Below are positions 47,017 through 54,865 of a DNA stretch of 64,000 nucleotides, piece after piece. Every line of letters begins with the position of its first letter. Position 1 is the first letter of the stretch. Below the pieces are notes generated by a model that saw nothing but the letters and a program-made list of their open reading frames with translations, was not told the origin of the DNA and did no database searches. The DNA comes from a candidate division WOR-3 bacterium. Lineage in GTDB: Bacteria > Hydrothermota > Tepidihabitantia > SM23-42. The DNA lies in NCBI GenBank assembly GCA_027026255.1, contig JALVOT010000008.1:11619-75618 (forward strand). The letters run 5' to 3'. The position numbers and the translations under genes were made by a program.

Positions 47017-47088
47017 AGCGGGTGACGGGATTTGAACCCGCGACCCTCGGCTTGGGAAGCCGATGCTCTACCACTGAGCTACGCCCGC
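47017..47088 (-). tRNA. tRNA-Gly (anticodon CCC)
   Basis: Manual cloverleaf: GCGGGCG...CACCCGC (one C-A mismatch), anticodon stem TCGGC/GCCGA with loop TTCCCAA, T-loop TTCAAAT. Confidence 0.85.
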
Positions 47089-47183
47089 AAATCTTAAAAA
47101 TTATATACCAAATATTTTGATTGTCAAGGCAGGGTTCATTCAGAGCTGAATCTCAAAATAGTATAAAGGATTGAACCCTGAGA

Positions 47184-47498
47184 TTATGGTATCGGCGAGA
47201 CAGGGAATCGGTGAATTTATGATTAAAAAAGCCAGATAAAATTTTAAATTAATCATCCATCCCTTGACAAAGGGTGGCGGTTGAATATACTCTGGATATG
47301 GAGAGAGGAATACTGAACATTGGAGATTCAGGGTATAGCTTTGCTACTAAGTTTTTAAAATCAGGGATGGATTTAGGATATATTCAAGAACTATTGGCAT
47401 ACAAAAATTGCAGAACAACTGAGGTTTATACCTGTGTAAATAAAACAAATCTTGCAAAAATTGAGAATCCTCTTGATAGGCTGATGAAGGAGAAATGA
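47184..47498 (+). pseudogene. decayed tyrosine recombinase/integrase gene (C-terminal remnants only)
   Basis: One frame reads LWYRRDRESVNL*...*...*QRVAVEYTLDMERGILNIGDSGYSFATKFLKSGMDLGYIQELLAYKNCRTTEVYTCVNKTNLAKIENPLDRL. Compare the integrase motifs HSFAT..L..G.D...IQELLGH....TT.IYTHV....SPLD.L. It has three in-frame stops and altered catalytic H residues. Confidence 0.6.
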
Positions 47499-47559
47499 GT
47501 ATGATTTCACCCAGAAGTATCTATATCCGCATTGCGGATATAGATGAGTTAGGTGACAT
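47497..47559 (+). repeat. L-motif copy (homologous to 21187-21254 and 24478-24576)
   Basis: GAGTATGATTTCACCCAGAAG, an 11-bp perfect hairpin (47520-47544), then GATGAGTTAGGTGACAT. Homology to the other copies stops at 47559. Confidence 0.7.
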
Positions 47560-47609
47560 GCAGAAAAACAGTAAAATAAAAAAGGAGTTAATAAAAAGGA
47601 GTTAATAAA

Positions 47610-49751
47610 ATGGTTGATATAAAAGAAGGACTTACCCAAAAGCCAGTGATAAGTAGAATCCTTATTGATTTTTTCAAATCAAAAGAAGACTTTGATGGTA
47701 AACTATATATTGGCTATCCAATACTGTATAGTGGCGAAAATAGTATAGTGATCGATGCTTTATGGATTTCCAAGAAATATGGGATAATTATATTTGACTT
47801 AATTGAAAAAGAACAAGATTGTAATGATTATGCTAAAAGACAAGACCTTATATACTCACAATTAGATTCATTACTGCGGGCATATCCCGACTTAAAAAGA
47901 GGCAGAAAAGAACTTTTGGTAAACATAGAACTTTTAAGTTTTGCAAGCAATTTATGCAAAACAGATTTTGACAACTATATTGTTTCTTCAGAAGAGGATT
48001 TAAATAAGTATCTTGGACAAAAAGTACTAAATTGGGATAGTAGTTATTTGTTTGATAAGGTTTTATCTATAATTCAATCTGTTGTTAACTTAAAAAAGAA
48101 AACTAAAAGAAATATCATTAATCCAAATTCTAAGGGAGGTATATTAAAAAATAAATTAGAACCAACCATTGCTACTTTAGATAGAAATCAAGAAGAAGTG
48201 GTGATAAAATATTTTGATGGTGTACAAAGAATAAGGGGATTAGCAGGTTCTGGTAAAACAATTGTTTTGGCTTTAAAAGCGGCTTATTATCATTCTTTAT
48301 TTCCAGATTGGAATATTGCTGTGACATTTAACACACGTTCACTCAAAGATCAATTTAAAGATCTTATTACGCGATTTGTAGTAGACAAAAAACGTGAAAT
48401 GCCAGATTGGTCAAAAATAAGAGTCGTAAATGCGTGGGGGAGTCCCAAAGATAAAGAAGAAGAAAAAGGACTTTACTATGATTATTGTATTTCAAACAAT
48501 ATTGAATATTTTGATTTCAGAAAAGCAAAAAGTATTAATAAAAATAATCCTTTTAGAGTTGCTTGCAAAAATGCCTTAGAGAAATCACCTTCTCATATAA
48601 ATGAAAAATTTGATGCTATTTTGATTGATGAGGCTCAAGACTTATCTGTTGAATTTCTTCAAATTTGTTATAATTTTTTAAAAAAGCCAAAAAGATTAAT
48701 TTATGCTTATGATGAATTACAAAAGTTAAATGAAGGTGAAGCATTGCCAAATCCAACTAAATTTCTTCCGATTGAAGAAAATGATTATGATGATAGAATT
48801 TTAAAAATATGCTATCGTAATTCAAGACCTATATTAGTTACAGCACATGCATTAGGATTTGGTATTTATCGAGAACCCACTACAAGAGTAGATGGATTAA
48901 AAACTGGATTAGTCCAGTTTTTTGATCAACCCCGTTTATGGCAAGATGTTGGATATGAAAAAGAGGAAGGAGAATTTAAAGCTGGAGAAAGAATAGTACT
49001 TACAAGAACGGAAGAATCTAGCCCTAAATATCTAGAAGATCATTCGCCAATAAATGATTTATTAGTTTTTACACAGTTTAGAAATAAAAAAGAGCAAGCA
49101 GAATGGGTGGCAAATGAAATAGAAAAAAATCTAAAAGAAGAAGAACTCTCATATAAAGACATAATAGTTATTAACCCGATTGCCTTAACCACAAAAGAAG
49201 AAGTTGCTTTAATTAGAAATACTTTATTACAAAAAGGTATAAACAACCATATTGCAGGTGAATTTAATGCTGATATATTTTTCCAGGATAAGTCAATTGC
49301 ATTTACCGGAATAAATAGAGCGAAGGGAAATGAAGTTCCAATGGTATATATTATAAATGCACAAGATTGTTATTCATCATCTTTATTTAATGAACGCGAT
49401 TTGAGAAGACTGCGAAATATTTTATTTACTGCAATTACTAGAAGTAAAGCATGGGTTAGAGTTGTCGGAATAGGAAATAAAATGCAATCTCTTATTAATG
49501 AATTTAATAAGATAAAGAAAAATAATTTTAAACTTAACTTTATTTATCCATCAAAGGAAGAGATTGAAAGGATTAATATAATTCACAGGGATATTACAAA
49601 AGAAGAAGAAAGGAAACTAAAACGAGATGTAGATACTCTTAATAATTTAAAAGATATTGTAGAAAGTATTAAAAATGGTAAAACATTTATTGAAGATTAT
49701 CCAGTTGAAGTGCAAAAGATAATCAAGCTATTAATTGAAAAATTGGACTAG
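47610..49751 (+). CDS. NERD-like N-terminal domain fused to an SF1 (UvrD/DUF2075-like) helicase/ATPase
   Basis: 713-aa ORF with GYPILYSGENSIVIDALWISKKYGIIIFDLIEK, then Walker A GLAGSGKT, Walker B ILIDEAQD, CYRNSRPIL and LFTAITRSKAWVRVVG. Confidence 0.8.
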   Translation: MVDIKEGLTQKPVISRILIDFFKSKEDFDGKLYIGYPILYSGENSIVIDALWISKKYGIIIFDLIEKEQDCNDYAKRQDLIYSQLDSLLRAYPDLKRGRKELLVNIELLSFASNLCKTDFDNYIVSSEEDLNKYLGQKVLNWDSSYLFDKVLSIIQSVVNLKKKTKRNIINPNSKGGILKNKLEPTIATLDRNQEEVVIKYFDGVQRIRGLAGSGKTIVLALKAAYYHSLFPDWNIAVTFNTRSLKDQFKDLITRFVVDKKREMPDWSKIRVVNAWGSPKDKEEEKGLYYDYCISNNIEYFDFRKAKSINKNNPFRVACKNALEKSPSHINEKFDAILIDEAQDLSVEFLQICYNFLKKPKRLIYAYDELQKLNEGEALPNPTKFLPIEENDYDDRILKICYRNSRPILVTAHALGFGIYREPTTRVDGLKTGLVQFFDQPRLWQDVGYEKEEGEFKAGERIVLTRTEESSPKYLEDHSPINDLLVFTQFRNKKEQAEWVANEIEKNLKEEELSYKDIIVINPIALTTKEEVALIRNTLLQKGINNHIAGEFNADIFFQDKSIAFTGINRAKGNEVPMVYIINAQDCYSSSLFNERDLRRLRNILFTAITRSKAWVRVVGIGNKMQSLINEFNKIKKNNFKLNFIYPSKEEIERINIIHRDITKEEERKLKRDVDTLNNLKDIVESIKNGKTFIEDYPVEVQKIIKLLIEKLD

Positions 49752-49752
49752 T

Positions 49753-50409
49753 ATGAGTATTAAATCTGAAATACTAAGAGAAATAAGAAGTATTACAACA
49801 TCTTTAGTTGAGAAAAGTATAATTATCGACCAAAATTGGCCTAGTGAAAAAAATGGTGAAATTGTATGGGATAATTATAAAGGACTCGCTTTTTCTTTAC
49901 AAAATGAACCTTATGAAACAATTTTTGATCAATGCAGAAAAGAAAGAGATTTTAACTTTATGCTCATTGACGGAAGTCTAATTCAATTACAATATCGCAT
50001 TAAGGGGAATAATTTAATAGAACATATTTTACGATTCTTACCAAATCCTTCATTCGAAAAATATCAGGATAATCCGGAAGAGTTTGAAGAATTATATTAT
50101 GGTATTGAATTGTTTACAAATATATTAGATAAAAAAACTATTGTTTTCCCAATACGATTTGACTTCTCAAATATTCATAAAGAAATATTGCATCCGAAAG
50201 TCCACGCAACTTTTGGTAATTATAAAGATTGTAGGATTCCAATTTCAAAACCTATAAGCCCCAAAAGATTTGTTTCATTTATATTAAGAAATTTTTACAA
50301 CTACAAATTTATAGATTCTGGTATAGAAAGTCAGTTAATTTCCAGCATCGTATTTGAAGAAGATATTGCAGATAATGAAAAGAAATTGATACATCTTGCA
50401 TATGATTAA
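49753..50409 (+). CDS. hypothetical 218-aa partner protein (size and position fit DUF2290; unverified)
   Basis: ATG 49753 lies 1 nt after the helicase TAG. No motif I can name. Confidence 0.6.
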   Translation: MSIKSEILREIRSITTSLVEKSIIIDQNWPSEKNGEIVWDNYKGLAFSLQNEPYETIFDQCRKERDFNFMLIDGSLIQLQYRIKGNNLIEHILRFLPNPSFEKYQDNPEEFEELYYGIELFTNILDKKTIVFPIRFDFSNIHKEILHPKVHATFGNYKDCRIPISKPISPKRFVSFILRNFYNYKFIDSGIESQLISSIVFEEDIADNEKKLIHLAYD

Positions 50410-50429
50410 AGCACAAACGCCCGATATTG

Positions 50430-50533
50430 TGTATGAGTAATGGCAGGCAAAGTATCAAAAATAAAACATATGTGAATAAAATAAACAGTAGTGCAAAAAT
50501 GAAGGTAAGTGCGGAACCCGCCACTACTCATAC
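50430..50533 (-). repeat. structured repeat, copy B (homologous to 19334-19439)
   Basis: GTATGAGTAATGGCAGG...CCCGCCACTACTCATAC. The two non-Watson-Crick pairs are G.U only on the minus strand. It lies 20 nt after the stop of the upstream ORF. Confidence 0.6.
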
Positions 50534-50884
50534 ACTTGCCCGTTGCACAAAATCGCAATTGAATAGAGAAAATTTCGTTTTTTAATTTTAGAATTGAAAA
50601 ATCGATTACTACATATAAAATTTGTCTATTTGATGATTGATGCGAAATGGATGTTTTTCACAAAATCGAATGGGGTTTCAAATCTGAGCACCAGACAAAC
50701 CAGATAAAACGCTTCGCGGTACAAAACGCGCTAAAGCGCTGTACTTAACACAGAGAAGCGGTGTAATGAATCAGAAAATTCTGCTTTCGCCTTTCCGTGT
50801 TTTCTTTGCGGCCTTTGCAGATTTTTTACGGTCCTCTTTTGCATCTTTTGCGATAATTAAAACAACCCAGAAATCTGTTTATTA

Positions 50885-50913
50885 TTGACAAATTAATGAT
50901 ATAGATATATAAT
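50885..50913 (+). promoter_or_regulatory. sigma70-type promoter, leaderless geometry (rfb operon)
   Basis: TTGACA (50885-50890), 17 nt, TATAAT (50908-50913), 5 nt, GTG (50919). Confidence 0.55.
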
Positions 50914-50918
50914 GGCCT

Positions 50919-51770
50919 GTGAAGGTATTTATCAGTGGAGCGGATGGTGCCCTGGGAAGGGAGATGCAGGTCCTTTTAAGAAATCAGGGGATAAATTTCC
51001 TGGGTGCCGATGTAAATCAATTTGATATTACTGATTTTTCAAAGACAAAGGATGCATTGTTGAATTATCGGCCTGATGTAATCCTCCACTTTGCGGCAAT
51101 AAGTGATGTTGACCGGTGTGAAGAGGAGGTGGAACTTGCGTTTCGCACCAATGCCTTGAGCAGTTTGGGTCTTGCCATAATTGCAAAAAAGCTGAAGGCG
51201 AAGCTGCTCTATATCAGTACCAATTTTGTTTTTGATGGGGCTGAAGAGAAGATATATATTGAGTATAGTAAAGCAAATCCGATAAATGAATATGGCCGCA
51301 CCAAACTTCTGGGTGAATATTATATCAAAGATATTTATGACCGATTTTTTATTGTGCGCACATCCTGGCTTTTCGGAAGACATTCCAAAACATTTATCTC
51401 AAAATTTTTGGTCAATAAGAATAAACCCGGTTCCATAGATGTCATCTGCGACCAGTTTGGTTCTTTTACCTATATCCCGGATCTTGCCCGGATGATATTA
51501 CTTTTAATAAAATCAGAAAATTATGGAATCTTTCATATTGTAAATCAGGGGATTGGTTCCTGGCTCGATTTTGCCCTGAAGGCAAAGGAGCTGGCACGAT
51601 TCAAGACCGAAATCAGGCCGATTAAGACTGAAGAACTGAATTTATCTGCGGCCCGGCCAAGGTTTGCTCCTTTGGGTTCAAATAACTTTGAATACCTTTT
51701 TAATAAAAGAATGCGGTCCTGGGAAGACGCCCTCACGGAATTTATTAAGGTAATCAAGCAGGGGGCTTGA
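50919..51770 (+). CDS. rfbD: dTDP-4-dehydrorhamnose reductase
   Basis: 283-aa ORF with the N-terminal Rossmann motif KVFISGADGALG and RmlD-like length and context. Confidence 0.8.
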   Translation: MKVFISGADGALGREMQVLLRNQGINFLGADVNQFDITDFSKTKDALLNYRPDVILHFAAISDVDRCEEEVELAFRTNALSSLGLAIIAKKLKAKLLYISTNFVFDGAEEKIYIEYSKANPINEYGRTKLLGEYYIKDIYDRFFIVRTSWLFGRHSKTFISKFLVNKNKPGSIDVICDQFGSFTYIPDLARMILLLIKSENYGIFHIVNQGIGSWLDFALKAKELARFKTEIRPIKTEELNLSAARPRFAPLGSNNFEYLFNKRMRSWEDALTEFIKVIKQGA

Positions 51771-51802
51771 TTTTTTCTGCACTATCATTATAATTTAATT
51801 TA

Positions 51803-52870
51803 ATGAAAGGATTGATTCTCGCTGGTGGATTTGGTACTCGACTCCGCCCCCTTACCTATACCGGGGCGAAACAGCTCATTCCGATTGCCAATAAGCCGAT
51901 TATATTTTATGGTATTGAAACCCTGATTGATGCCGGGATAAAGGAGATCGGGATTGTTGTGGGTGAGACCGGTCCTGAGGTAAGACAGATGGTCGGCGAT
52001 GGCTCACGCTGGAACATTAAGATAGACTATATACATCAACCGTCACCTCTGGGCCTTGCCCATTGCATAAAGATATCCAGGGAATTTCTTGGTGATGAAC
52101 CATTTATTATGTATCTTGGTGATAATCTTTTAAAAGAAGGGGTTAGGAAGTTTGTTGATAAATTTAATAGAAATAGTCCTGATGCGCTCATCCTCCTTAC
52201 CCGGGTTCCCAATCCCCAGGATTTTGGTGTCGCCCAGATTGATAATAACAATAAGGTCATAAAACTTATTGAGAAGCCGAAAGAACCACCTTCAAACCTT
52301 GCCCTGGTTGGTATCTATCTCTTTAATAAAAATATCTTTCTTGCCGTTGATAATATTAAGCCTTCCGGCCGGAATGAACTGGAGATTACCGATGCGATTC
52401 AGTGGCTTCTGGATAATAATTATAATGTAGAATCCCAGGAGGTGGAGAAGTGGTGGAAGGATACCGGAAAGCCCGAAGATATTATTGATGCCAATCTGCT
52501 TGTCCTGGAAGGTCTGGAACCTTCAAATCAGGGCAGATTGCTCGATTCCCTGGTTAATGGTAAGGTGGTGATTGAACCCGATGCGATAATTGAGAATAGC
52601 ACGATTCGGGGTCCGGTGATTATTGGAAAGAAGAGCCATATCATCCATTCATATATCGGCCCGTTTACATCGATCGGTAATAATGTAATAATTGAAAATT
52701 CCGAGGTTGAGTGCAGTGTAATAATGGATGATGCCCGAATAAAGAATATTGAAAAGAGGATTGACCGTTCAATCATTGGTCGAGGGGCGCTGATAAGCCA
52801 GACCGACCATTCACCCAGGACCCACCGTTTTATTCTGGGGGACCAGAGTTATGCCGAGATTGTAAGATGA
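51803..52870 (+). CDS. rfbA: glucose-1-phosphate thymidylyltransferase, long form with a C-terminal left-handed beta-helix
   Basis: LILAGGFGTRLRPLTYTGAKQL signature and 355-aa length. Confidence 0.8.
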   Translation: MKGLILAGGFGTRLRPLTYTGAKQLIPIANKPIIFYGIETLIDAGIKEIGIVVGETGPEVRQMVGDGSRWNIKIDYIHQPSPLGLAHCIKISREFLGDEPFIMYLGDNLLKEGVRKFVDKFNRNSPDALILLTRVPNPQDFGVAQIDNNNKVIKLIEKPKEPPSNLALVGIYLFNKNIFLAVDNIKPSGRNELEITDAIQWLLDNNYNVESQEVEKWWKDTGKPEDIIDANLLVLEGLEPSNQGRLLDSLVNGKVVIEPDAIIENSTIRGPVIIGKKSHIIHSYIGPFTSIGNNVIIENSEVECSVIMDDARIKNIEKRIDRSIIGRGALISQTDHSPRTHRFILGDQSYAEIVR

Positions 52871-53337
52871 ATGAAAAGGATTTGATTTCCGGCGTTAAAA
52901 TAAAGCGGCTGAAACTTATCCCGGATGAGAGGGGAAGGTTGATGGAGATTTTACGGGCGGATGACCCGCAGTTTGAGAGGTTTGGCCAGGTCTATATCAC
53001 CACGGCATATCCCGGGGTTGTAAAGGCATGGCATTATCATAAATTACAGGACGATAATATGACGGTCATCAAGGGGATGGCAAAGATTGTGCTCTATGAT
53101 GACCGGGCAGAAAGTAATACCAGGGGTATGATTAATGAATTCTTTGTCGGCGAACATAATCATATCCTGATTCACATTCCCAGACTTGTCTGGCATGGAT
53201 TCAAGTGTATCAGTCCTGATGAGGTGATTGTCCTTAATATCGTAACTGAGTGTTATAATTATAATCAGCCTGATGAGTATCGTAAGGGTCCCCATAATTC
53301 TGATATACCCTATGACTGGGCCCGTAAAGACGGATAA
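52867..53337 (+). CDS. rfbC: dTDP-4-dehydrorhamnose 3,5-epimerase (short cupin form)
   Basis: 156-aa ORF with the DERG...E motif and WHYH. 4-nt overlap with rfbA. Confidence 0.75.
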   Translation: MNEKDLISGVKIKRLKLIPDERGRLMEILRADDPQFERFGQVYITTAYPGVVKAWHYHKLQDDNMTVIKGMAKIVLYDDRAESNTRGMINEFFVGEHNHILIHIPRLVWHGFKCISPDEVIVLNIVTECYNYNQPDEYRKGPHNSDIPYDWARKDG

Positions 53338-53348
53338 TCATTAAATTT

Positions 53349-54371
53349 ATGAAGGTATTGGTTACCGGGGGCTGCGGTTTTATCGGTTCAAATTACATAA
53401 GATACATAATCAAAAAAAGACCCAAGTATAAGATTTTCAATATTGATAAACTCACCTATGCGGGAAATCTTGAAAACTTAAAGGATTTAAAAAATAAGAA
53501 AAATTACAAATTTATCCGTGCCGATATTACGAATGCCCGGATAATGGGCCAAATCTTCAAAAAATTTATGCCTGATGCAGTAATAAACTTTGCTGCTGAG
53601 ACCCATGTTGACCGCAGCATACTCTCACCCTCATCGTTTATTAAGACAAACTTCCTGGGGGTTGGTATTTTATTAAATCTCTCTTTAAAATTTTCCGTCC
53701 AGAGATTTATTCAAATCTCCACGGATGAGGTTTACGGCTCGATCCTGAATGGTAAGTTTACCGAGGAGAGTCCGATATCTCCATCAAGCCCTTATTCAGC
53801 AAGCAAGGCTGCGGCTGACCATCTTGTGCTTTCTTATTATAAGACCTATAAACTGCCGGTATTGATTACCAGATCCTCAAATAATTATGGGCCATACCAG
53901 TTTCCGGAAAAGTTGATTCCCTTGGTCATTCATAATGCCCTTAACAACAAGAAGATTCCGGTATATGGTGACGGCAGGAATGTACGCGATTGGTTATATG
54001 TTGAGGATAATTGTCGAGCCATTGATTTGATTTTTCAAAAGGGCAGATCCGGTGAGATATATAATATCGGTGGAGAACAGGAACTGACAAATATCGATGT
54101 TGTAAAGATGATCTTAAAGACACTGAAACGGGATTTTAGTTTAATCTGTTTTGTAAAGGACCGCCCGGGCCATGACCGAAGATATGCCCTTTCAATAAAT
54201 AAGATAAAGAAAGAGATTGGCTGGTCTCCTTCAGTGACATTCAGCCAGGGTATAAAAAAGACCATTAACTGGTATCTCCGTAATAAAGTCTGGTTTCAGC
54301 ATGTAGAAAAGGGCACCTACCGAAAGTTTTATAAAAAATACTACTCAAAACTGGGTCTGAAACAGTTCTGA
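53349..54371 (+). CDS. rfbB: dTDP-glucose 4,6-dehydratase
   Basis: VLVTGGCGFIGSN, STDEVYG and YSASKAA (YxxxK) motifs. Confidence 0.9.
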   Translation: MKVLVTGGCGFIGSNYIRYIIKKRPKYKIFNIDKLTYAGNLENLKDLKNKKNYKFIRADITNARIMGQIFKKFMPDAVINFAAETHVDRSILSPSSFIKTNFLGVGILLNLSLKFSVQRFIQISTDEVYGSILNGKFTEESPISPSSPYSASKAAADHLVLSYYKTYKLPVLITRSSNNYGPYQFPEKLIPLVIHNALNNKKIPVYGDGRNVRDWLYVEDNCRAIDLIFQKGRSGEIYNIGGEQELTNIDVVKMILKTLKRDFSLICFVKDRPGHDRRYALSINKIKKEIGWSPSVTFSQGIKKTINWYLRNKVWFQHVEKGTYRKFYKKYYSKLGLKQF

Positions 54372-54510
54372 TTCAGGATTAAAGGCGGTCAAAAAATGGA
54401 TATCAGTCGTTGTGATATGCTGAATTTCGAGCCGATTTTCCCCGGCTATATTGTAAATTGTATATTTTTTGAGAAAAATATGATAAAAATATTGGAAATT
54501 CAGTCTCACC

Positions 54511-54538
54511 TTGACTTTTTCTGCTTTTTGGCTAAAAT
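54511..54538 (+). promoter_or_regulatory. sigma70-type promoter, leaderless geometry (V-ATPase genes)
   Basis: TTGACT (54511-54516), 16 nt, TAAAAT (54533-54538), 6 nt, ATG (54545). Confidence 0.55.
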
Positions 54539-54544
54539 AAGGTT

Positions 54545-54865
54545 ATGAAATTGATTGAGGAGATTAAAGAGGCCGAGGCAAAGGCGGAAAGGATAAAAAA
54601 AAATGCTGAGAAGAAGGGTCAGCAGATTTTACAAAAGACCAGAGATGAGATGGAAAGGGAACTGAAAAATCTTGAGGAATTAAAGGAAAAGATGGAACAG
54701 GAAACGATAAAACAGGCAAAGGTGATTATCGATAAGGAATTCAAATCTTTGAAAAAGGAGTTTGAGAAGAGCCTTTCTGAACTCAAAAATGCTTTTAATA
54801 AAAAGCGTGCCGAGGCCATAAAAAGGGGCCAGGAGATAATTCTTAAATGGCCATCATCCCGGTAG
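54545..54865 (+). CDS. V/A-type ATPase peripheral-stalk subunit (G/H-like coiled coil)
   Basis: 106-aa Lys/Glu-rich coiled coil directly upstream of subunit I. Confidence 0.6.
   Translation: MKLIEEIKEAEAKAERIKKNAEKKGQQILQKTRDEMERELKNLEELKEKMEQETIKQAKVIIDKEFKSLKKEFEKSLSELKNAFNKKRAEAIKRGQEIILKWPSSR

Noticed and set aside
47540-47575. Hammerhead-like ribozyme core (GATGAG ... GAAA) in the L-motif
   Set aside because: Only a partial CUGAUGA-like match. The required three-stem junction and conserved GAAA placement are not present in all copies.
47501-47605. Small ORFs starting MISPR... inside the L-motif copies
   Set aside because: L4 and L1 share ISPR..YIR.I.D..EL at the peptide level. However, L1 has ATA instead of ATG, the L3 frame is broken within the hairpin, and the RBS is only 1 nt from the ATG. 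A conserved nucleic-acid structure explains the pattern better.
47017-50548. Classical tRNA-3'-end integrated genomic island
   Set aside because: The island abuts the 5' end of tRNA-Gly, and I could not find a direct repeat of the tRNA 3' end at the far side.
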